Positions 9,263-17,230 of a stretch of DNA of 54,755 bases are shown piece after piece. The stretch comes from a virus. Taxonomy: Duplodnaviria; Caudoviricetes. How positions within the stretch are numbered: the stretch's first letter is position 1; each line of letters starts with the position of its first letter. The DNA lies in IMG/VR virus record IMGVR_UViG_3300027022_000012, positions 1-54,755 of that record, one strand, 5' to 3'. A program made the translations under genes and the position numbers. The notes under the pieces were generated by a model. It saw nothing but the letters and a program-made list of their open reading frames with translations. It had not been told where the DNA came from and made no database searches.

Positions 9263-9543
9263 TGGACCATCTCCTTTGCTTCTGAGGTCCCTTCCAATTC
9301 CAGGGCTCTGGCTTCTGCCTTTTCCGCAGCGTCGATAGCTGCTCGTTGAGAGCGCTCCTTAACCTTGGCGAGCTGGAGCTGCATCTGGGCGTTGCGGTCC
9401 TTTCCTTCAGCAGAGAAGGCCGCGGAGAGCCGACGGTGCTCGCAGGCGTCCGCGCCGAACAGATCGGCGGCTTCACGGCGCCTTGCGGCGAACGCCCGCA
9501 GGCTTTCAGCGCTCGTCTGTTGGAAGTGAGGGCGGGGGGTCAT
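9259..9543 (-). CDS. Hypothetical protein
   Basis: Coupled to neighbours, start trimmed to ATG 9543. Confidence 0.5.
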   Translation of the reverse strand: MTPRPHFQQTSAESLRAFAARRREAADLFGADACEHRRLSAAFSAEGKDRNAQMQLQLAKVKERSQRAAIDAAEKAEARALELEGTSEAKEMVQ

Positions 9544-9932
9544 GTCGCGATTTCCTGAACGATCCGGTAAACCTCCCGCGCTTCCTCGACCGTCCTGATT
9601 TCGGCGGTGTGGTATTCCTTGGCACCAAGACGCTCGGCGATCAGCCGGTAGACCTGCTTGCGGCCCATCCGCTTGCTCTTCCAGATCGGATCCAGAATCC
9701 GGTGGATGAGGCTGCGAACTCGTTTGATTTCCGGGGTCGGGATGCAGCCGAGCGGTTGGGTCCGGTTCTTGGTCTTGTGGTGGCAGCCGACGAAGTTTCC
9801 GCAGGCGTCGCACTTCCAGAACGGCAGCCCGTAGAGGTCACGGCGATGCGGGTAGATTTCCCGCCCGTTGGTCAACCTGGCGTCGACGTTGGCGACACAG
9901 CCGCAGCAGAATATCTGTCGGGTGGCTTTCAT
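9540..9932 (-). CDS. Zinc-finger protein (DUF3268-like)
   Basis: G.EIYPHR.DL...FWKC..C..FVGCH...PLG...H..LDPIWK. Confidence 0.8.
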   Translation of the reverse strand: MKATRQIFCCGCVANVDARLTNGREIYPHRRDLYGLPFWKCDACGNFVGCHHKTKNRTQPLGCIPTPEIKRVRSLIHRILDPIWKSKRMGRKQVYRLIAERLGAKEYHTAEIRTVEEAREVYRIVQEIAT

Positions 9933-9987
9933 CAGATTACCCTCTGTTTCCTTTGCCTTATTGCGAGTCTCCGCCCGGGAGATTCGG

Positions 9988-10035
9988 AAAAAGGGGCCGG
10001 CTTGGAGGAGTGACCGGCCAAGTTTGGGAGGATCA
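9988..10035 (-). ncRNA. suhB/MmgR (alpha-r8)-like small RNA or terminator element
   Basis: Minus strand reads CCTCCCAAACTT-GGCCGG-loop-CCGGCC-CCTTTTT: anti-SD motif then terminator hairpin. Confidence 0.4.
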
Positions 10036-10281
10036 TGCAGCCCGCGGCGTGAGGTACTTCTGGAGCTTCTCGATGGCCTGGCCGAAGGTCAGTTCCGAGT
10101 CCTCGAATTCGTCGTCCTGGATCTCGATGTCGAAGGCGGTTTCGGCCGACAACATGATCTTGACCATGTCCAAACTGTCGGCTCCAAGGTCTTCGGTGAA
10201 AACTGCGTCCTTGGTGACACTCTCCGGATCGACGCAAAGGTCTTCTGCAACGATTTCCCTGAATTTCTGCTCGATATCCAT
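10033..10281 (-). CDS. acpP: Acyl carrier protein
   Basis: F.EDLGADSLDMV.I....E..FDIEI.D with the phosphopantetheine Ser; acidic 82 aa; AAGGA SD. Confidence 0.88.
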   Translation of the reverse strand: MDIEQKFREIVAEDLCVDPESVTKDAVFTEDLGADSLDMVKIMLSAETAFDIEIQDDEFEDSELTFGQAIEKLQKYLTPRAA

Positions 10282-10537
10282 TCCGGGTTCCTTTCCTTTT
10301 TGAGCCCAACGGAAACCACCGCGCGGATGATTTCGGTGGGGCTGGCGACCGCGTCAGTATCCAAGTGCGTATCCATCGACCGCCTGGTTGCCCTTGCTGT
10401 TACATCCCGTCCTCCTTTCTCTGAGGCTGGATTGCCAGATCGGTCCCCGGCAGGGCCATGACGTGGGTGCGGGGGCGGCCCTGCCGGGTTCGCCGCAGGT
10501 GGTAGGCGAAACAAAAACCCACCCGCGAAGCGGATAT

Positions 10538-10681
10538 TCAGGAGGGTGTCGCCACCCAGATCGCCCAGAACAGGACCGGCCAAGTGATCACGCAGAACGT
10601 GATGCAGGCCGCCTTGCTGGCGGTGACCCATGGGTCCGGCTTCGGGACGTAGGGCGTCTGATAGGGGAAGGGCTCGGTCAT
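10538..10681 (-). CDS. Small membrane peptide (47 aa)
   Basis: Own translation MTEPFPYQ...ACITFCVITWPVLFWAIWVATPS; ATGA-coupled to upstream ORF. Confidence 0.4.
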   Translation of the reverse strand: MTEPFPYQTPYVPKPDPWVTASKAACITFCVITWPVLFWAIWVATPS

Positions 10682-10920
10682 GTTGCTGCGCTCCCGACAC
10701 CTGCAGTAAAGCCCGCGTCGTAATCGTCACATTGGCCCTGGAAATCCTGAATGCCGTAACTTGCGTGTACGAACCCTCGACGGTAAGCCGCTCCCTTTTT
10801 GGAGCTAGCTCCCAGAAGTCCAAAGTGTGCTTGAGCGGATTGCCGTGCTGCGAGTTCTATGGGGCTTTCAGGCCGCTGATACGCGGCCTGACCTGCCATC
10901 ACCCTGCGAAGGTCGACCAT
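10678..10920 (-). CDS. Hypothetical protein
   Basis: TGATG coupling with upstream gene. Confidence 0.45.
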   Translation of the reverse strand: MVDLRRVMAGQAAYQRPESPIELAARQSAQAHFGLLGASSKKGAAYRRGFVHASYGIQDFQGQCDDYDAGFTAGVGSAAT

Positions 10921-11282
10921 CAGGCCACCCTCCCATGGAAGGGACCGAAGGAACCGGTACCGGCCTCGAAGTTGCCGATGCGGTGTTCCCTGTGGGGATC
11001 GCGGTAGGTGGGGTATCGGCCCGCGGAATACTTCTGAACGGACCTTTCGATTTCAATCTCATCATCGATCAGCTCGGCCGGGATAACGCGGCAGTCTTCC
11101 TCGACGGGATTGAACTCGATGATGTGAAGAACGGTTTCGAACTGGCCTTCCTTGGCCATCTCCAGGACCGTCTCGCGGTCCCAGTCCGGATCGATCTCCG
11201 GTTGGAAGATCACGCCACTCTCAAGAGCGGAAATTACCGTGAAGAAAGAGCGGTCCAGATTGAAGTTGGTTTCCTGTGTCAT
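10920..11282 (-). CDS. Hypothetical protein, first gene of leftward early operon
   Basis: GGAGG SD, immediately downstream of pL; start trimmed. Confidence 0.6.
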   Translation of the reverse strand: MTQETNFNLDRSFFTVISALESGVIFQPEIDPDWDRETVLEMAKEGQFETVLHIIEFNPVEEDCRVIPAELIDDEIEIERSVQKYSAGRYPTYRDPHREHRIGNFEAGTGSFGPFHGRVA

Positions 11283-11307
11283 CGGTATGCCCTCCGTTGA
11301 TGGAAAA

Positions 11308-11358
11308 ACTATGCATAACGCATAACTTTCTGTCAACGAGAAAAATGCATTGCGCATC
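11308..11358 (-). promoter_or_regulatory. Leftward early promoter pL with repressor operators
   Basis: TTGACA (11336-11331), 17 bp, CATAGT; imperfect palindromes TATGCATAACGCATA and ATGCATTGCGCAT match the operator at 13604. Confidence 0.75.
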
Positions 11359-11398
11359 ATTTTTCTTCTCGTTAGGAATAACCTGTTTGTCGGAAGGC

Positions 11399-11432
11399 AA
11401 AAAGAAACCCCGGAGGGATGATCCGACCGGGG
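11399..11432 (-). terminator. Intrinsic terminator of the repressor operon
   Basis: CCCCGG/CCGGGG stem followed by TTTCTTTTT on the minus strand. Confidence 0.6.
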
Positions 11433-11942
11433 CGTGAATAGGATTTAAAACTTTGATGAGTTTCCCTACCACATCACGAAAATTGATAAAAGGGAAAATC
11501 CTATTCTCGGCGCAGAAAATTGCAATAATTTGGGCCTGCTCGGAGGTTCCCGCCAAGATATTGCGGATTGGAGCGCGGGGAGGGTGGTCTTTTTTCTGGG
11601 TTTGACCCGCCTTCGCCGATCATCCGGCCGATGAAATCCTAGCGGTTCCAATGCCAGGCTCATTGGACGATATCAGACGGGGTTGATGGCCCGCCCGATT
11701 CCGGATTTGCAGTCCACGGGATAACCGACACACCTTTGAGGAGGCCCGCCCAAGCGGTTCTTTTTTTGATATTTCCGTTTGCACCGCCTGACCAGCGGGA
11801 GGAATCAAGACTCAGCCCGGTCCGGGTCCGGGAAAACAAAACCAGTGTCGGGGAATATCTGATTCACGCTTGCTAGGTTCCGGGAGCTGCCGGAGCAGGG
11901 ATTGATGTCCTCCTCAGGACCATCTTTTTTGAGGCCTATTGT

Positions 11943-12377
11943 CTAAGAGCTGCCGCCACACTGGTACTTGACCTCATATTGCGGGGTGACGATCAACGTG
12001 GTTTCGACCGCCGTGCAATTTCGACCGGTCGAGGCCACGTAGGCCATGGCAACATCGCGATAGACATTGGCTGCAGGTTCGCCATCAGCCAGGCCGAGCG
12101 TGAGACCGCGGACAGCTCCGGATCCGGCCGAAGCTCCGAGCGATGGCGTAATCATCAGCCGGCTCTCTTCCGGCTTGTCGAAGATCCTGTAAGTTCGCGC
12201 GTTGTCGTAGACCTGACCATCAGGCTTAGTGCTGTAACGTTCCTGGCCCTCCGGAAGATAGGAATACTGGATCACCTCGACGCCCTTGTAATTCTCGATG
12301 GCGTAATTGATCCCGCTGCATGCGGTGGTTGAGGCGAAAAGCGCGATTGCACCCAAGTGAGTAAACTTCATGGTCAA
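11943..12377 (-). CDS. Lipoprotein in immunity region (candidate superinfection exclusion)
   Basis: Signal MKFTHLGAIALFASTTA-C lipobox; co-oriented downstream of repressor. Confidence 0.7.
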   Translation of the reverse strand: MTMKFTHLGAIALFASTTACSGINYAIENYKGVEVIQYSYLPEGQERYSTKPDGQVYDNARTYRIFDKPEESRLMITPSLGASAGSGAVRGLTLGLADGEPAANVYRDVAMAYVASTGRNCTAVETTLIVTPQYEVKYQCGGSS

Positions 12378-12392
12378 ACTCTTTCGGTGAAT

Positions 12393-12875
12393 TTAATCGG
12401 TGGCGCAGTGCGTTCGCATATATTCCAGAACCTCGGCGGCGCCGATCATCGGGAAGAGCCCGGATTTGTCCTGGTATCGAAACGCAACGGTATCAATCCA
12501 TCCGGCCTTCTCGGAGAACTTCGCCATATCCGGCCCGGCCAGAATGAATTGCTTTCCAAGGGTTCCAGTGTCTTCGATATTCAACGCGAAGGTCATGGAC
12601 TCATCGCCCAAGCGGAAGTCAACGTTTCTGACATTCTCGGTGATCAGGAAGTCATTTGCGAATGTCAGGCCTGCGACAAGGTTGCCGTCTCTGCAGGTAA
12701 TGAACATCGAAGATTTGCCGAAGCTCTTGTTGGCTTCTTGGACGAACGCAGTCGGGAAGATGTTCTGGGTGAAGGTGTCTCGGTAAAAAGCGATCAACCA
12801 TCCGGTTTCGCGCTCGGCGGCAAAGGCGCTGTTAGGCAGAACGATCAGGAGAATAGCCAGCACCGCGCGCATCAT
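12393..12875 (-). CDS. Secreted hypothetical protein
   Basis: Sec signal MRAVLAILLIVLPNSAFA; GAGG SD at the end of the repressor gene. Confidence 0.7.
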   Translation of the reverse strand: MMRAVLAILLIVLPNSAFAAERETGWLIAFYRDTFTQNIFPTAFVQEANKSFGKSSMFITCRDGNLVAGLTFANDFLITENVRNVDFRLGDESMTFALNIEDTGTLGKQFILAGPDMAKFSEKAGWIDTVAFRYQDKSGLFPMIGAAEVLEYMRTHCATD

Positions 12876-12879
12876 AACC

Positions 12880-13557
12880 TCATAAACGCCTTGCGACCCA
12901 AACGACCCGGCCAACCACATTAACCTGGTCTAGCGGGACATCATATCTTTCGTGGATCGTGTTGTCAGAGATCAGCGTCACCGTCTCGTCGTCACCGATT
13001 CTCTTGTCGACTCGCTTTACCACCGTGCCGTCCCCGTCGAAGAGCACGAAGATCCCGGACTGGCTGATCTGTTTGTCCGACATATTGACCAAGACCCGGT
13101 CGCCAGGGTTCAGCGTGGGCTCCATGGAATCGCCTCGGACCTCGACCAATGCGAGCTGAGCTCTTGTCAGGCCAAGGAACTTGTTCAGATATTCAGGATT
13201 GAAGGGCCATTGGGCAACGACTTCTTCATCCCCAACGGCGGCCCCGCCGCCTGCGGAAACGTGGACGTTGTATTCTGGTACGACCTTAAAAACGGAAGTG
13301 TCAATAGCGTTTTCTGGACTGATTCCAAGCACATCACTCGATGTCTTGGGCGCCTCCGGGCGGCCGTCCAAAAGCCACTCTGCCGAGACGTTGAATTTCT
13401 TGGCGTATTTCTTCGCCGTCTCCCAGTCGTAAGCCCGGGTGCCGTTCTCATGCCCAGCATAGGTTGGGTACGATACCCCCAATGCGCGAGCCGCATCAGA
13501 TTTCTTGGTGTAGCCGGCGTCACGCCGCGCGATCTTCAAACGCTCATGCATATCCAT
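12880..13557 (-). CDS. cI: CI-like repressor (XRE HTH + S24 peptidase)
   Basis: ERLKIARRDAGY..HENG HTH; SAGGG cleavage region, VRGDSMEPTL, VKR, VVGRVVW. Confidence 0.92.
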   Translation of the reverse strand: MDMHERLKIARRDAGYTKKSDAARALGVSYPTYAGHENGTRAYDWETAKKYAKKFNVSAEWLLDGRPEAPKTSSDVLGISPENAIDTSVFKVVPEYNVHVSAGGGAAVGDEEVVAQWPFNPEYLNKFLGLTRAQLALVEVRGDSMEPTLNPGDRVLVNMSDKQISQSGIFVLFDGDGTVVKRVDKRIGDDETVTLISDNTIHERYDVPLDQVNVVGRVVWVARRL

Positions 13558-13593
13558 GAATAACGTTTGGCACAAAAAACTATGCGCAGGGGA

Positions 13594-13622
13594 TTGACCT
13601 TTTTCTATGCGTGACGCATAGA
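13594..13622 (+). promoter_or_regulatory. Rightward promoter pR with perfect operator palindrome
   Basis: TTGACC at 13594; TCTATGCGT-G-ACGCATAGA at 13604-13622 between divergent cI and cro. Confidence 0.8.
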
Positions 13623-13660
13623 TTGTTTCGTTGGGAATAACTTTCACGTGGTGACCCGCC

Positions 13661-13879
13661 TTGACTGATCCTTCTGAAATCGACCCCAAAACTATCCGTT
13701 CCGCTCTCAATTGGAGCCAGGCGCAGATGGCTGAGTTCCTTGATTGCCAGCAGTCTTCAGTCTCTCGGATGGAAACCAAGGGGCGCGTTTCGCGCCTGTT
13801 CCGTCGGGAATACGAGGATCTGCAACGCGCGATCCAGAGCGGTGATCCCAAGAAGTTTCTTCAATCACTCGCAGCTTAG
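13661..13879 (+). CDS. cro: Cro-like HTH regulator
   Basis: IRSALNWSQAQMAEFLDCQQSSVSRMET; divergent from cI. Confidence 0.8.
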   Translation: MTDPSEIDPKTIRSALNWSQAQMAEFLDCQQSSVSRMETKGRVSRLFRREYEDLQRAIQSGDPKKFLQSLAA

Positions 13880-13890
13880 GTGCCGTTCTC

Positions 13891-14097
13891 ATGTCCGATC
13901 TCGCCATCGTTGGTCTTTGCCACTGCGGTTCTGAGCACCGCATCTCTGTTCCAGACGAGGCGGAGATGCGGCTTGAGAAGCCACTTGAGCGGGTGGTCTG
14001 CGGGAAGTGCTCCTGCACCGTCGAAGACCTGAAGATTGTTGGTAACGCGCGTTTCCATGGCGAGACGAAACCTGATCTGGCCGCGAAGGTCATCTGA
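13891..14097 (+). CDS. Small Cys-rich hypothetical protein
   Basis: CHCG...CGKC putative zinc ribbon. Confidence 0.45.
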   Translation: MSDLAIVGLCHCGSEHRISVPDEAEMRLEKPLERVVCGKCSCTVEDLKIVGNARFHGETKPDLAAKVI

Positions 14098-14119
14098 AAA
14101 GGACTCGGGATTTTTTACA

Positions 14120-14578
14120 ATGCGGATGGATCAAGCCAAACGAGCGGTTGCCGAGTGCATCAAGAAGGGCGGGGGCTATGAGGCCGCGGCCGACTGGATG
14201 GGCGTTTCGACGACCACGCTTCACAATCTCCAGAACCAGAACATGCCGGATGATCCGCGCGACAGGCCGCTGGCGTGGCTGTTGAGGCTCGATGAGTTTG
14301 CCGGGGCACCGATCATGCTTCAGGCCATCGCGGTGTGCCAAGGGTTCGCACTAACGCCGGTCGGTATCCGCGAGACCCGGGATTTCAGAGACGCCGTGCT
14401 CAGGATCTCGGGGACTATCGGAGGGCTTACGAGCCAGTGTGCCGACGCTCTCGCCGATGACGTCATCGATCAGGCCGAGGAGAAGGCAATCAGGGAAACC
14501 GTCGGTAAGGCGAAGTCCACGCTGGTCGACTTCGAGGAACACCTTAATGGCGCCTGCAAAAACAGGGGGCGTTCATGA
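14120..14578 (+). CDS. Phage regulatory protein, CII-like
   Basis: GGYEAAA..GVS.TTL N-terminus, ALADDVID..E C-terminus, position after cro. Confidence 0.6.
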   Translation: MRMDQAKRAVAECIKKGGGYEAAADWMGVSTTTLHNLQNQNMPDDPRDRPLAWLLRLDEFAGAPIMLQAIAVCQGFALTPVGIRETRDFRDAVLRISGTIGGLTSQCADALADDVIDQAEEKAIRETVGKAKSTLVDFEEHLNGACKNRGRS

Positions 14579-15087
14579 GCGTTTGGACCGAGAAGGACGT
14601 CAAAAAGCTCGAGCAGATGCTTCTTGACGGATGCAGCGCGCAGATCATCGCAACCGAGCTTGGCCGGTCCCGTTCCGCAGTCTGCGCGAAGATGATGCGT
14701 ATCCGCGAGGCCAAGGGCCAGACAGCGACCAGACCGGTTCCGCACATCTCGGCGAAATCAAGCAATCCCCGTTCGAGGCCCACTGTTCGGAAGTCCGACA
14801 AGGTTGCGGTCGTTCCGGTGGCGCGGGATGTCACCGTTGAGCTTCCAAAGTCTCAGGCGGCAAGCCTCAGGATTCCCCTTTTGAAGACGAAAGACCGCCA
14901 CTGCCGGTGGATCGATGCAGAGCCGGGAAGTGACGGGCTGCCGACCTGTTGCGGTCACAAGGTGCCGGCCACGCCTGGCCTGATGTTCTGCAGCTATCAC
15001 CGCAACAGGGCGCGCGGCGAGGGGACTGTGAGCGAGCGCAGGGCGCTCAGTGGATTTGACCGCAAGACGAGAAAGGACGCGGCATGA
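14575..15087 (+). CDS. gcrA: GcrA-family cell-cycle regulator
   Basis: WTE....L......G.SA..IA.ELG.SRSAV..K..R and C-terminal LL.....CRW...CG....FC.YH. Confidence 0.85.
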   Translation: MSVWTEKDVKKLEQMLLDGCSAQIIATELGRSRSAVCAKMMRIREAKGQTATRPVPHISAKSSNPRSRPTVRKSDKVAVVPVARDVTVELPKSQAASLRIPLLKTKDRHCRWIDAEPGSDGLPTCCGHKVPATPGLMFCSYHRNRARGEGTVSERRALSGFDRKTRKDAA

Positions 15088-15620
15088 GCAAGGGGACTGA
15101 CGACCCGAAACACAATATCAGCCGGGACGACGCTTTCGTGCTGTTCCAGATCTCGAAGGTCGAGGAGCACCAGAAGCGGAAGAACACGACCAACGGCGAG
15201 TTCAGTGCGCGTCTCGAAACGGCCGAGGCAAACGGCCTGAACAAGTGGGCAATCAAGGAAGCACTGAAGATCAAGAAAAAGGGTGAGATCGCCGAGACAG
15301 TCACCCGCCTGTCCGCGCTGCTCCGCTATCTGCGCCTGCTCGGCCTGCCGCTGGATTCCAAGCAGATCGACATGTTCGAGGTCGCTCCAAAATCCCAGCC
15401 GATCACCGAAAACGCCTACGAGCAGGGCTTTGGTACCGGTGTGGTCGGAGAAGGCCAGGACAAGAACGATCATGCCCCAGGCACGGACGCCTTCAACGCT
15501 TGGATGAAGGGTTTTCATGCTGGCTGCGAAGCGCGCCGCGGGTTCCTCAGCGAAGAGGGCAAGGCGGCGGCAGAAGCGCCGGAAGACAGCGGTCAGGGCG
15601 ACGTCGAGGACGACGCTTAA
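15084..15620 (+). CDS. GapR (DUF2312)-like protein with Rmf/CrpP-like C-terminal motif
   Basis: AEANGLNKWAIKEALKIKK...LLRYLRLLGL resembles GapR; AYEQG...AWMKGFHAG. Confidence 0.55.
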   Translation: MSKGTDDPKHNISRDDAFVLFQISKVEEHQKRKNTTNGEFSARLETAEANGLNKWAIKEALKIKKKGEIAETVTRLSALLRYLRLLGLPLDSKQIDMFEVAPKSQPITENAYEQGFGTGVVGEGQDKNDHAPGTDAFNAWMKGFHAGCEARRGFLSEEGKAAAEAPEDSGQGDVEDDA

Positions 15621-15637
15621 GCGAGGAGGACGGTCAA

Positions 15638-15910
15638 ATGAAAGAGGTGGAAATCACCATCAAGACGAACCAGCGCTTCAGACCCTTCCGGACCTTCTAC
15701 TTCTGCGGGATGCAGGTTGCTGTAATCGGGATCGGAGTACTCGCTGGCAGCACTGCCATGCAGTGGGCTGGGTTCATCGCCCTTCTTTTCATGCTCTTCG
15801 CTATCGGGAAGGTGCTCGCGTCAAAGGACGAAGGCCTCTCCTTCGCAGAGGCGAGGACGCGAATTGATCAGATCGAAGCATCGGAAGAACGCGCAGGCAA
15901 AGCCTCTTAG
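15638..15910 (+). CDS. Small membrane protein
   Basis: GAGGAG SD, two hydrophobic helices. Confidence 0.6.
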   Translation: MKEVEITIKTNQRFRPFRTFYFCGMQVAVIGIGVLAGSTAMQWAGFIALLFMLFAIGKVLASKDEGLSFAEARTRIDQIEASEERAGKAS

Positions 15911-16137
15911 GCAGGCCAGAGCCATAGGCGAAAAGCCTCCATGCCCGGAGCCGCAACCGCGGTGGCCGGGCAGAGGCAGTGAGACTGGACGACGTTGGCG
16001 GGTGACCAGACGGTCTCAATAAATGTCAGAGGAACCCGACCTTTCCGTCTTGGGGAAGCGAGACGGTACCGAACGCCGGGGACACCGAGGCGTGACAGCC
16101 CGGAGAGACGGGCACCCTCAAACCCTGAGGAGCGCTT

Positions 16138-16707
16138 ATGAAGATCGCAGGCTTAGACGTTGCCACCACGACCGGTTGGTGCATTGCCGAGGGGCAGAAA
16201 TACGCCACCGGGAAGTTCCACCCGGGCAAGAAGCTTGACGACGGTCAGGTCTATCACAAGTTCCGCTCTTGGCTTTGGACCTTCCTTATCCACAACGGGA
16301 TCGAACGGGTGGCGATCGAGGCGCCGTTGATGACCAACGTCACCGAGACCCACATGCGCACCGACAAGGAGTTCTTCGGGGCGAGGGAAAAGCGGAACGC
16401 GATCAATCAGAAGACCATCGTCCGGCTCAACGTCCTCAACGGAATCGCGCAGGAGGTCTGCACAGCCCTGAACATCCCGTTCTGGGTCGTCCACCAAGCG
16501 ACCTGGCGGAAGGCCTTCATCGGGAAGAAGCCGCAGGGCGAGGACTGGAAGGACGCTGCGGTCCGTATCTGCCAGACCACCGGCATCGATATCGGCTCCA
16601 AGGACGCCGCAGAGGCCGCCGGCGTGGCCTTCTGGCTCCAGCTTCACCTCAAGCAGGAGAGGATCCAAGGCGGCGACGGACCCTTATTCGCAGGAGCGGC
16701 GGCATGA
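16138..16707 (+). CDS. RuvC-like Holliday junction resolvase
   Basis: IAGLDVATTTGW, VAIEAP, TWRKAFIG, DAAEA. Confidence 0.8.
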   Translation: MKIAGLDVATTTGWCIAEGQKYATGKFHPGKKLDDGQVYHKFRSWLWTFLIHNGIERVAIEAPLMTNVTETHMRTDKEFFGAREKRNAINQKTIVRLNVLNGIAQEVCTALNIPFWVVHQATWRKAFIGKKPQGEDWKDAAVRICQTTGIDIGSKDAAEAAGVAFWLQLHLKQERIQGGDGPLFAGAAA

Positions 16708-17099
16708 ACGACGCTCACGCCACAATCGAGAAGCTCCAGAAGCTCATCTACGAGCAGGAGGCAGAGATCGCCCAGCTCAAGGAGCTTCAGTTCGAGGAGC
16801 TTCCCCGCCTACAGATCGCTCTCAAGCTCCAGCCCCTCGAATACAGGCTTCTCCAGTTCCTGATGCGCCGTGAGTTCGTTCGAAAGGACGCGATCATGAG
16901 CGCGCTCTACTTCGACCGCCACGAAAGGGAATGGCCGACGGAGAAGACCGCCGACATCTGCCTGATGAAGCTGCGGCGGAAACTCAAGCCGGCCGATGTC
17001 GAGATCAAGACCAAGTGGGCTGAAGGGATCTACATCGACGAGGAGAACAAGCAAAAGCTCCGCGCGTTCGAATCCTCCATGAAAGTGAGCGCGGCATGA
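16704..17099 (+). CDS. OmpR/CtrA-type winged-helix protein lacking a receiver domain
   Basis: EYRLLQFL...ALY...PTEKTADICLMKLRRKL...IKTKWAEGIY parallels the CtrA C-terminal domain; N-terminal coiled coil. Confidence 0.75.
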   Translation: MNDAHATIEKLQKLIYEQEAEIAQLKELQFEELPRLQIALKLQPLEYRLLQFLMRREFVRKDAIMSALYFDRHEREWPTEKTADICLMKLRRKLKPADVEIKTKWAEGIYIDEENKQKLRAFESSMKVSAA

Positions 17100-17230
17100 A
17101 CACTACCACTCTGATCAAAGATCAGGACCGTGTACCGCCGTGCGGCGGAACAACCGGGTTCTTCATTTACGGCGTCGAGGTCATTCTGATGCTCGCGCTT
17201 ATCTCTTGGCTGATCGGGAGGAAGCGTTGA
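17096..17230 (+). CDS. Small membrane peptide (44 aa)
   Basis: Own translation ...FFIYGVEVILMLALISWLIGRKR; ATGA/TTGA coupling on both sides. Confidence 0.4.
   Translation: MNTTTLIKDQDRVPPCGGTTGFFIYGVEVILMLALISWLIGRKR

Noticed and set aside
11540-11800. CRISPR-like or type III antitoxin repeat array
   Set aside because: Repeats are only 6-9 bp with irregular spacing, and no cas or toxin gene is adjacent
13558-13851. N-terminal extension of the repressor in the ORF track
   Set aside because: It overlaps cro and the operator/promoter; the HTH starts at MDMHERLK (13557)
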